This document shows, piece by piece, positions 8,694 through 16,824 of a stretch of 64,000 nt of DNA. The stretch is taken from positions 30,889 to 94,888 of the forward strand of contig CAJIYJ010000001.1 of NCBI GenBank assembly GCA_905181625.1, written 5' to 3'. Position numbers and translations under genes: made by a program. Under the pieces are notes generated by a model. That model worked only from the letters and a program-made list of their open reading frames with translations. It ran no database searches and was not told the DNA's origin. Position 1 is the stretch's first letter, and every line of letters starts with the position of its first letter. This DNA comes from an uncultured Flavobacteriaceae bacterium (lineage in GTDB: Bacteria > Bacteroidota > Bacteroidia > Flavobacteriales > Flavobacteriaceae).

Positions 8694-9127
8694 ACAAAAT
8701 CATAGAACAACCAATTCCGCAAGGAAAATACCTGTCAGCTGTTAGGCACGCAGATTTAATTTATACATCAGGTATGACACCTCGTAAAGCAGGAAACCTT
8801 CTTTATTCTGGAAAAATTAAAATTTTAGATCCAATAGAATCACATAAAGGCGCTGTACGTTTAGCGACCTTAAATGCTATAACTGCTGCAAAGGCTTGTT
8901 TAATCCAAGGTGAGAGGATATCAATAATTCTTCAACTCAATGTCTTTTTAAATGCTGAGGAAGGATTTGTTGAACATGCTAAAATTGCAGATTACGCATC
9001 TGATTTAATTATCGAAAATTTGGGGAATAATTGCATAGGAAGTCGTGCTGCAATTGGAGTTGCTTCGTTACCGTCAAATGCAACAATTGAAATAACATTG
9101 ATTGCAAAAACAATAGCCCTTAAATAA
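8690..9127 (+). CDS. RidA/YjgF/UK114 family protein (reactive enamine/imine deaminase-like)
   Basis: 145-aa ORF. Its ATG overlaps the aminotransferase stop (ATGA at 8690..8693). Its layout is YjgF-like (LIYTSGMTP...NVFL...SRAAIGVASLPSNATIEI). Confidence 0.65.
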   Translation: MNKIIEQPIPQGKYLSAVRHADLIYTSGMTPRKAGNLLYSGKIKILDPIESHKGAVRLATLNAITAAKACLIQGERISIILQLNVFLNAEEGFVEHAKIADYASDLIIENLGNNCIGSRAAIGVASLPSNATIEITLIAKTIALK

Positions 9128-9268
9128 CAAGAATTCTTGTAACACTTCTAACTTTAAATCGTAGAAACTCCTTACTTAAACTTATTTTGTTTTAAATAAA
9201 TATAAATTCAACTAACACTATTCTTGTAAAAAGTTTGATTTAATGATTTTTTTAGTAATATTTGTAAT

Positions 9269-9355
9269 GTGAATTTATTAAATAGAACATTTAGCGCAAT
9301 TAACATTCTTCGTGTTGCACGTGGTGCCCGCCCATTCGGGTATCTTTCTATTTAG
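9269..9355 (+). promoter_or_regulatory. Candidate leader mini-ORF and hairpin region in the arg operon 5' leader (speculative)
   Basis: A GTG-initiated 28-codon ORF reads MNLLNRTFSAINILRVARGARPFGYLSI*. Three of its four Arg codons are CGT/CGT/CGC, at 9311, 9320 and 9329. It overlaps a local GC-rich patch with small hairpins: cgtg-ttg-cacg at 9311..9321, gcac-gtg-gtgc at 9317..9327, and tgcccg-cccatt-cgggta at 9325..9342 followed by a T-rich tract. Confidence 0.2.
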
Positions 9356-9417
9356 GAAACTAGGTGAGTCCAGTTTCATTTCAATTCAATCTTAACTAAC
9401 TTTTTTTTTACAACATC

Positions 9418-9948
9418 TTGGAAATACAAATTGCTTCATTGAAGCATATTAATTATAGTAATATAATATCTGAAACAATACATTCATCTGCAAAGGTAAG
9501 AGGGACTGGAATTGCTTTAAGAACTCCTCAGTATATTCAAAAAAAAATTAAAAATAATGATGCTGTCATTGCAATCGAAAAAAACGAATTCGCTGGATTT
9601 TGCTATATAGAAGTATGGGGGCATGGAAAATATGTTGCTCATTCAGGATTAATAGTTTCTCCAAAATTTAGAGGAAATGGATTAGCTAAAAAAATCAAAA
9701 CCTTAACGTTTAATCATTCTAAAATTAAATATCCAGATGCTAAAATATTTGGGATAACAACGGGACTGGCAGTCATGAAAATTAATTACGAATTAGGATA
9801 CAAACCAGTAACTTTTTCTGAACTAACAGATGATAAAGAATTTTGGAAAGGATGTAAGACTTGTAAAAATTATGATGTATTAAACAGAACCAAAAGAGAA
9901 ATGTGCCTTTGCACAGGAATGCTTTACAATTCAAAATCAAACAAATGA
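9418..9948 (+). CDS. GNAT family N-acyltransferase heading the arg operon (probable glutamate N-acyltransferase of the Bacteroidetes pathway)
   Basis: 176-aa ORF with a TTG start. GNAT motif A: VSPKFRGNGLAKKI (R-x-x-G-x-G/A). It is the first gene of the arg cluster, as in Bacteroides/Cytophaga-type arg clusters. Confidence 0.65.
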   Translation: MEIQIASLKHINYSNIISETIHSSAKVRGTGIALRTPQYIQKKIKNNDAVIAIEKNEFAGFCYIEVWGHGKYVAHSGLIVSPKFRGNGLAKKIKTLTFNHSKIKYPDAKIFGITTGLAVMKINYELGYKPVTFSELTDDKEFWKGCKTCKNYDVLNRTKREMCLCTGMLYNSKSNK

Positions 9949-11129
9949 AAAAAATAATATTAGCATACAGTGGAGGTTTAGACACTTCTTATTGCCTTAA
10001 AAAACTTTTTAAAGAAGGAAATGAAGTTCATGCAGTTAACATAAATACTGGAGGATTTACAATAAATGAAATTGAATTGATTAAAGAAAAAGCAATTAAA
10101 ATGGGTGCTTTCAGATATAAATCAATTGATGCTGTTCAAACATACTATAATAAAATAATTAAGTTTTTAGTTTTTGGGAATGTTCTTAAAAATAACACCT
10201 ACCCTCTTTCTGTAAGTGCTGAAAGAACTATACAAGCGTTAGAAATAGTCAAATATGCTAAAGAAAACAAGGCAACTCACATAGCTCATGGAAGTACTGG
10301 AGCAGGAAATGATCAAGTTAGGTTTGATATGATTTTTCAAATTATCGCTCCTGAAATTAAAATAATAACACCAATTAGAGATGGTAATTTGTCAAGACAA
10401 GATGAGATTAACTACCTAATGAATAATGGTGTTAATTTTAATTGGGAGAAAGCAAAATATTCAATAAATAAAGGGCTTTGGGGCACTAGTGTTGGCGGAG
10501 ATGAAACCTTATCCTCTAGCAGAAAGCTTCCAGAAAAAGCATACCCAAATAGTTTAAAAAATACATTTAAAAAAGATATTAAATTAAGTTTTAAAAATGG
10601 AGAAATTTGCGGAATTGACGGAAACCTATATGACCCTGTTGGATGTATTGAAATAATATCGAAAATATGTGATCAATTTTGTATTGGAAGAGACGTACAT
10701 GTTGGAGATACAATTATAGGGATTAAAGGAAGAGTTGGTTTTCAAGCTGGAGGACCAATGCTAATATTAAAAGCACATCATTTATTAGAGAAACATACGT
10801 TAACAAAATGGCAACAATTTCAAAAGGAACAATTATCAAATTTTTATGGAATGCTTATTCATGAAGGTCAATATTTAGATCCGGTAATTAGAGATATTGA
10901 AAGTTTTTTACAGAGTAGTCAAAAAAACGTTAACGGAGATGTAACTATTTCACTTTATCCTTATAGGTATGAGTTAAATGGGGTGAAATCAGACAATGAC
11001 CTTATGAATTCAGAATTTGGATCCTATGGTGAAGGAAACGGCAAGTGGAGTGCTCAAGATGTTAAGGGTTTTATAAATATTTTTTCTAATCAAAATAAAA
11101 TATATCAATATGTCAACCACACTAAATAA
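9945..11129 (+). CDS. argG: Argininosuccinate synthase
   Basis: It starts MKKIILAYSGGLDTS (ATP pyrophosphatase P-loop SGGLDTS) and contains AHGSTGAGNDQVRF. The ATG at 9945 overlaps the GNAT stop (ATGA). The track ORF from GTG 9903 is taken as a spurious extension. Confidence 0.9.
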   Translation: MKKIILAYSGGLDTSYCLKKLFKEGNEVHAVNINTGGFTINEIELIKEKAIKMGAFRYKSIDAVQTYYNKIIKFLVFGNVLKNNTYPLSVSAERTIQALEIVKYAKENKATHIAHGSTGAGNDQVRFDMIFQIIAPEIKIITPIRDGNLSRQDEINYLMNNGVNFNWEKAKYSINKGLWGTSVGGDETLSSSRKLPEKAYPNSLKNTFKKDIKLSFKNGEICGIDGNLYDPVGCIEIISKICDQFCIGRDVHVGDTIIGIKGRVGFQAGGPMLILKAHHLLEKHTLTKWQQFQKEQLSNFYGMLIHEGQYLDPVIRDIESFLQSSQKNVNGDVTISLYPYRYELNGVKSDNDLMNSEFGSYGEGNGKWSAQDVKGFINIFSNQNKIYQYVNHTK

Positions 11130-12114
11130 AATTAAAGTAGGAATCGCAGGAGGTTCTGGGTATACAGGAGGAGAGCTCATAAGGCTACTTATAAACCATC
11201 CCGTCTCCGAACTGATTTTCGCACATAGCAACGTTAATTCAGGGAAATATATTTCTGACATTCATCAGGACTTAATAGGTGAATTGAATATGAAATTTGT
11301 AAACAAATTTGATGATAATATTGATGTATTATTTTTATGCTTAGGTCATGGTAATTCAAATGAGTTTTTAAATAAACATACTATAAACCCTAAAACTAGA
11401 ATAATTGATCTAAGTCAAGATTTTAGACTTGAAAACTCCTTTGTAAAACAAAATTCCAATACAACAAGACGCTTTGTTTACGGTTTACCAGAACTTCAAA
11501 AAGAAAAAATTAAAAACGCAAAAAACATTGCAAATCCAGGATGTTTTGCTACTGCAATACAACTGGGTTTATTTCCAGCAATTAAAAATAAACTTATAAA
11601 TGGTGAAATTCACACTAACGCCATAACAGGAAGTACTGGAGCAGGAATAAAGCCTAACATTACATCACATTTCAGTTGGAGAAATAGTAATGTTTCGTGG
11701 TATAAACCCTTCACTCATCAACATCTAGGTGAAATTTATTTTTCATTAAATAAAATATCTGATAAATCTAACGAAATTAATTTTTTACCTGTTAGGGGTG
11801 ATTTTACTAGAGGAATATTCTGTACTAGTTATTTTAATAGTGATGTGGATTTAAATGTAATAAAAAACTTATATACTACATTTTATAAAAACCATCCATT
11901 TGTTGTGATTTCTGAAAATGAAATTCATTTAAAACAAGTTATAAACACTAACAAATGCCTGATTCATATAATTAAGAATAAAGACAAAATATTAATCACT
12001 TCAATTATTGATAATTTAATAAAAGGAGCTTCAGGTCAAGCGATTCAAAATATGAATTTAATGTTCAAATTAAATGAAAATGTAGGATTACAATTAAAAA
12101 GTTCAATTTTTTAA
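11110..12114 (+). CDS. argC: N-acyl-gamma-glutamyl-phosphate reductase
   Basis: 334-aa ORF. N-terminal Rossmann motif VGIAGGSGYTGGELIRLL. Active-site Cys context NPGCFATA. Confidence 0.9.
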   Translation: MSTTLNKIKVGIAGGSGYTGGELIRLLINHPVSELIFAHSNVNSGKYISDIHQDLIGELNMKFVNKFDDNIDVLFLCLGHGNSNEFLNKHTINPKTRIIDLSQDFRLENSFVKQNSNTTRRFVYGLPELQKEKIKNAKNIANPGCFATAIQLGLFPAIKNKLINGEIHTNAITGSTGAGIKPNITSHFSWRNSNVSWYKPFTHQHLGEIYFSLNKISDKSNEINFLPVRGDFTRGIFCTSYFNSDVDLNVIKNLYTTFYKNHPFVVISENEIHLKQVINTNKCLIHIIKNKDKILITSIIDNLIKGASGQAIQNMNLMFKLNENVGLQLKSSIF

Positions 12115-12123
12115 ATATATAAT

Positions 12124-12918
12124 ATGAAAATAGCAATAATTGGAGCTGGAAATTTAGGGAAATGCATTGCAAAAGGATTGATTATTAATAACACCATAAC
12201 AACTCTTTACTTAACTAAGAGAAACACCAATTCTTTAGAAGAATGGAAAGAATTAAATAATATTAAAGTAACATCAAATAATATTGAGGCTGTTAAGAAT
12301 TCTGAAATAATAATTATAAGTGTTCAACCAAATCAATTTGAAAAAATTGGAGTTGAAATTAAAGACTATGTGAATGAAAGACACACAATAATATCAACAA
12401 TTACAGGACTTTCTATTAAAAGAATTGAAAAATTATTAGGATCAAAAGTTAATATAATTAGAAGTATGCCCAACACTGCTATTTCTGTAGGAAAATCAGT
12501 CACTTGTCTTTGTAGCAATGAATATGGAAAGCAAAAGTTAGTAGTTGCTGAAGCCATTTTTAATAATCTAGGAAATGCTTTTTTAATTGAAGAAAAAAAC
12601 ATGCAAGCTGCAACAGTTATTTGCGCAAGTGGAATTGCATTTTGGATGAGATTAATTAGAGCAACAGCTCAAGGAGGTATTCAATTAGGTTTCGAATCTA
12701 AAGCAGCATTAGAAATGTCTATTTACACGGCATTGGGAGCTGTCACTCTATTAAGTAATAATGATTCTCACCCCGAACAAGAAATAGATAAAGTCACAAC
12801 ACCTAATGGATGTACAATAGAAGGGTTAATAGAAATGGAGAAACAAGGTCTTAGCTCCTCTTTAATAAGCGGTCTAGCAGCATCCTTTGAGAAAATAAAT
12901 AAAATATCTAATAAGTAA
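12124..12918 (+). CDS. proC: Pyrroline-5-carboxylate reductase
   Basis: 264-aa ORF. MKIAIIGAGNLGKCIAKGL Rossmann motif. RSMPNTA and TTPNGCTIEGL motifs typical of ProC. Confidence 0.85.
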   Translation: MKIAIIGAGNLGKCIAKGLIINNTITTLYLTKRNTNSLEEWKELNNIKVTSNNIEAVKNSEIIIISVQPNQFEKIGVEIKDYVNERHTIISTITGLSIKRIEKLLGSKVNIIRSMPNTAISVGKSVTCLCSNEYGKQKLVVAEAIFNNLGNAFLIEEKNMQAATVICASGIAFWMRLIRATAQGGIQLGFESKAALEMSIYTALGAVTLLSNNDSHPEQEIDKVTTPNGCTIEGLIEMEKQGLSSSLISGLAASFEKINKISNK

Positions 12919-12921
12919 AAT

Positions 12922-14049
12922 ATGAGTTTATTCAAAGTTTATCCATTATATCAAATGACACCATCACATGCTAAAGGATGTTATGTGTATGATAATAAAG
13001 GGAAAAAGTACCTTGATTTATATGGGGGTCACGCTGTAATATCTATTGGTCATAGTCATCCTAACTATGTTAATGGATTATCAAATCAATTAAGTAAAAT
13101 TGGCTTTTATTCAAACTATATTATTAACGATTTACAAGCTGAAGTAGCTAAACAAATAATAAATCAATCAAAGTGTAAAAACTACAACCTTTTCATGTGC
13201 AACAGTGGAGCTGAAGCAAATGAAAATGCACTTCAAATTGCTTCATTTCATACAAACAAATCAAGAGTTATTGCATTTAAAAATTCTTTTCACGGCAGAA
13301 GTAACGCTGCATTAGGAATAACTGATAACAAGAAGATCAAATCAAAATTAAACAAACTCATAGATGTTACATTTTTAGATTTTAATGACAAAAAAGGACT
13401 GTTAAATGAAATTTCTAAAAATGATGTATGTGCTGTAATATTTGAATCAATTCAAGGTGTAGGCGGACTTGATCAGCCCAGTACTGATTTTATAAAGTTT
13501 ATATCAGAATTATGTAAAAAACATAGTACATGTGTTATTGCTGATGAAGTTCAATCAGGATTTGGTAGAACAGGAGATTTTTTTGCATATCAAAAACACG
13601 ATATTAAACCAGATATTATATGCATGGCTAAAGGTATGGGAAATGGTTTTCCTGTTGGCGGTGTTTTAATAAAAAATAGTATCAAATCAGAACTTGGTAT
13701 GCTAGGTACAACATTTGGAGGAAACCATCTTGCATGTAGTGCTGTTTTAGCTGTATTGAAAACTATAAAAGAAGAAGGTTTAATGACAAACACTAAAGAA
13801 ATAGAAAATTATTTTAGAACGAAAATTTCTAAAATTAAATCTATTAAAAAAATTAAAGGTAGAGGATTGATGTTAGGATTAGAATTTGATTTTGAGGCTG
13901 CAGAATTAAGGAAAAATCTAATTTTTAAACATAAAATATTTACTGGGGGTAGTGCGAACAAAAACCTATTAAGAATACTACCACCATTAAATATTGAAAG
14001 AAAACATATCGATATGCTTTATAAAGCATTAAAAATTGAATTATCATGA
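12922..14049 (+). CDS. argD: N-acyl(acetyl/succinyl)ornithine aminotransferase, class III PLP enzyme
   Basis: 375-aa ORF. It has GHSHP, CNSGAEANE, DEVQSGFGRTG and AKGMGNGFP (PLP Lys) motifs and sits within the arg operon. Confidence 0.85.
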   Translation: MSLFKVYPLYQMTPSHAKGCYVYDNKGKKYLDLYGGHAVISIGHSHPNYVNGLSNQLSKIGFYSNYIINDLQAEVAKQIINQSKCKNYNLFMCNSGAEANENALQIASFHTNKSRVIAFKNSFHGRSNAALGITDNKKIKSKLNKLIDVTFLDFNDKKGLLNEISKNDVCAVIFESIQGVGGLDQPSTDFIKFISELCKKHSTCVIADEVQSGFGRTGDFFAYQKHDIKPDIICMAKGMGNGFPVGGVLIKNSIKSELGMLGTTFGGNHLACSAVLAVLKTIKEEGLMTNTKEIENYFRTKISKIKSIKKIKGRGLMLGLEFDFEAAELRKNLIFKHKIFTGGSANKNLLRILPPLNIERKHIDMLYKALKIELS

Positions 14050-14996
14050 AAAATTTTATAAATATTAATGATGTAAAAGATTATAAATCTCTTATTAATG
14101 AAACAATAGATATAAAAAACAATCCCTATAAATACAATCACATTGGGAAAAATAAAGTTTTAGGTTTAATATTTTTCAACCCAAGCCTTAGAACTAGATT
14201 AAGTACACAAAAAGCTGCTTTACAATTAGGCATGCAAACATTAAATATGAATTTTATAAATGAAGGCTGGCAATTAGAGTTTGAAGATCAAGTTATTATG
14301 TCTGGAAATAAAGCTGAACATATTAAAGAAGCAGCAAAAGTAATTTCTCAATATTGTGATATAATAGCAATAAGAGCTTTTGCTTTACTTAACAACAAGG
14401 AAAATGATGAGAAAGATTTAATATTAAATTCATTTGTTAAACACGCTACAATTCCTGTCTTAAATATGGAAAGCTCAATTGCCCATCCATTACAGGGATT
14501 AGCTGATGCTTTAACAATTGAAGAAAACAAAAACTCAATTAAACCCAAAATAGTTTTAACATGGGCCCCTCATCCAAAAGCACTTCCTCATGCAGTTGCA
14601 AATTCATTTATCAATATGTGTAAATGCAATGATTATAAGCTAGTTATTACCAACCCTAAAGGTTATAATTTAAACAACAATATAACTAAGGGTCTTGAAA
14701 TTATTCATGATCAAAAAGAAGCTTTTAAAAATGCCGATTTTATATATACAAAAAACTGGTCAAGCTATGATAGTTATGGAAAAGTGCTAATAAATGACAA
14801 TTCATGGTTGATTAATGAAGATAAAATGGATTTAACAAATAATGCTAAATTCATGCATTGCCTTCCAGTAAGAAGAAATGTAGTGGTGTCAGACGAGGTT
14901 ATAGACTCTAATAATTCATTAGTTTATCAACAAGCTAATAACAGAACTTTTGCAGCTCAAAATATTTTAAAAAAATTATTAAGTAATGAAAGATAA
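14046..14996 (+). CDS. argF': N-acylornithine carbamoyltransferase (argF'-type, probably N-succinylornithine transcarbamylase)
   Basis: 316-aa ORF. Carbamoyl-phosphate motif SLRTR, plus HPLQ and HCLP motifs. The canonical OTCase DxxxSMG ornithine loop is absent. Its length and layout match the Bacteroides fragilis argF' type as I recall it. Confidence 0.8.
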   Translation: MKNFININDVKDYKSLINETIDIKNNPYKYNHIGKNKVLGLIFFNPSLRTRLSTQKAALQLGMQTLNMNFINEGWQLEFEDQVIMSGNKAEHIKEAAKVISQYCDIIAIRAFALLNNKENDEKDLILNSFVKHATIPVLNMESSIAHPLQGLADALTIEENKNSIKPKIVLTWAPHPKALPHAVANSFINMCKCNDYKLVITNPKGYNLNNNITKGLEIIHDQKEAFKNADFIYTKNWSSYDSYGKVLINDNSWLINEDKMDLTNNAKFMHCLPVRRNVVVSDEVIDSNNSLVYQQANNRTFAAQNILKKLLSNER

Positions 14997-15759
14997 ATTA
15001 ACAATTATTAAGGTTGGAGGAGGAATATTAAATGATCAAAATATTTTTGAAAAGTTTTTGTTTAATTTTTCAAAAATCAATGGAAAAAAATTACTTATTC
15101 ATGGGGGTGGAATAATTGCTTCAAACCTACTAATTAAACTAGGAATCTCTCCAAAACTAGTAAAAGGAAGAAGAATAACTGATAAAAAAACTTTAGAAGT
15201 AGCCATAATGACTTATGCAGGTCTAATTAATAAAACTATCGTCTCGAAGCTTCAAAAACACAATTGTAATTCAATTGGAATATCTGGTGTTGATTGTAAC
15301 TTGATTTTATCTAAAAAAAGAAAAGTTAAGGATATTGATTACGGACTAGTAGGAGATATTGAAGAAGTTAACGGAGGTTTTATTAAAACCTTATTATGCA
15401 GTAACATAACACCTGTTGTCTGCTCATTATCACATGACGGAAACGGGCAAATATTAAATACTAATGCAGATAGTATTGCTTCACATATCTCAATAGAAAT
15501 GTCGAATTATTATAACGTTAGTTTGAAATATTGTTTAGACAAATCAGGAGTTTTAATTGATCAAAATAAAACATCTAGTTTGTTGAAAAACATTAACCTT
15601 TCATACTACAAGGAATTGGTTGAAAAAGAAATAATAATAGATGGAATGATACCGAAACTAGATAATTGTTTTTATGCATTAAAAAATGAAGTAAACAATG
15701 TTTCAGTTGGAGGTCATGATATAATTAAAAACAACTTCACTAATATAACTCTTGATTGA
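14986..15759 (+). CDS. argB: N-acylglutamate kinase
   Basis: 257-aa ORF. Amino-acid kinase family motifs IIKVGGG, LIHGGG and NTNAD. It sits within the arg operon. Confidence 0.85.
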   Translation: MKDKLTIIKVGGGILNDQNIFEKFLFNFSKINGKKLLIHGGGIIASNLLIKLGISPKLVKGRRITDKKTLEVAIMTYAGLINKTIVSKLQKHNCNSIGISGVDCNLILSKKRKVKDIDYGLVGDIEEVNGGFIKTLLCSNITPVVCSLSHDGNGQILNTNADSIASHISIEMSNYYNVSLKYCLDKSGVLIDQNKTSSLLKNINLSYYKELVEKEIIIDGMIPKLDNCFYALKNEVNNVSVGGHDIIKNNFTNITLD

Positions 15760-16814
15760 TGGAATTATTAATAACAAATGCTATTAAATTATTAAAAGAT
15801 TTAATTACTATGGAATCTTTCTCATTTAATGAAGATAAATCAGCTGATAGAATTGAAAATTGGTTTAAGTCATATGATATTGATTTTATTAGAAAAAATA
15901 ATAATATCTATGCCTTTAATAAATGTTTTGATCATAGTAAACCTACTATTCTATTAAATTCTCATCATGACACAGTAAAACCAAACAAGGGCTATACGAA
16001 TGACCCATTTGAAAGCAAGGTTGAAAACGGAAAACTTTATGGCCTTGGAAGTAATGACGCTGGAGGAGCACTAGTTTCATTAATAGCAGTATTCACTTAT
16101 TTATATAGTAAAGAAAATTTAAAATATAACTTAGTAATATTAGCTTCCGCAGAAGAAGAGTCATCTGGTAACAATGGTATTGCATCAATAATACCATTGT
16201 TACCAGAAATTGATTTTGCAATTATAGGTGAACCTACCTTAATGAAAATGGCTATAGCTGAAAAAGGGTTAATAGTCTTTGATTTAAAAGTCAAAGGAAC
16301 TTCAAGTCATGCAGCTCACGTAAATCACGATAATCCTATAATTAATTCAATTGACATTTTGAATTGGATAAATAATTTACATTTTGAGAAAAAATCTAAT
16401 TTGTTAGGAACAGTAAAAACTACTGTAACACAAATAAACTCTGGAAACCAACATAATGTAGTTCCTTCAGAGTTAGTATTAGTATTAGATGTGAGAGTTA
16501 ATGAATGTTATACAAATAAAGAGATATTTGAACTATTAAAAGTAAGTGCACCATGTGAAATAAAACCTAGATCATTAAATTTAAATTCTTCTTTTATTTC
16601 AATAGATCACCCTATCGTCAAGGGTGGGAGTATAATAAATATTGAAAAATACGGATCACCTACACTATCAGATCAATCAAAAATTAATTTCCCATCAATT
16701 AAAATTGGACCAGGAGATTCTACTAGATCGCATACCGCCAATGAATTCATTTATTTAAATGAAATCAAAAAAGCTATACCAAAATACCTGGATTTATTAA
16801 ACACAATTATTTAA
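15756..16814 (+). CDS. argE: M20 family deacylase (N-acetyl/succinyl-ornithine deacylase)
   Basis: 352-aa ORF. M20 metal ligand contexts LNSHHDTV, GSNDAGGA, SAEEESSG and GEPT. It follows argB and overlaps it by 4 nt. Confidence 0.75.
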   Translation: MMELLITNAIKLLKDLITMESFSFNEDKSADRIENWFKSYDIDFIRKNNNIYAFNKCFDHSKPTILLNSHHDTVKPNKGYTNDPFESKVENGKLYGLGSNDAGGALVSLIAVFTYLYSKENLKYNLVILASAEEESSGNNGIASIIPLLPEIDFAIIGEPTLMKMAIAEKGLIVFDLKVKGTSSHAAHVNHDNPIINSIDILNWINNLHFEKKSNLLGTVKTTVTQINSGNQHNVVPSELVLVLDVRVNECYTNKEIFELLKVSAPCEIKPRSLNLNSSFISIDHPIVKGGSIINIEKYGSPTLSDQSKINFPSIKIGPGDSTRSHTANEFIYLNEIKKAIPKYLDLLNTII

Positions 16815-16824
16815 AATAAAAATT

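Noticed and set aside
7479-9127. Horizontal-transfer island, proposed from the higher GC and CGN Arg codons of the aminotransferase/RidA pair.
   Set aside because: Hand counts show similar GC (26/60) in the GMC oxidoreductase, and comparable codons occur in other conserved enzymes. Line-to-line GC ranges from 12/60 to 26/60 across the window, so the evidence is insufficient without genome-wide statistics.
9267-9400. Possible ArgR operators (ARG boxes): TGTGAATTTATTAAATAG near 9268 and TTTCATTTCAATTCAAT near 9380.
   Set aside because: Only one half-site of the TGAAT-N4-ATTCA palindrome matches in each case. Partial matches like these are expected by chance in AT-rich DNA, and no argR gene is present in the window.
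9903-9944. A GTG-initiated 14-codon N-terminal extension of argG, as given in the track.
   Set aside because: The extension lies inside the GNAT gene and has no ArgG similarity. The ATG at 9945 gives the canonical MKKIILAYSGGLDTS start and an ATGA overlap with the GNAT stop.
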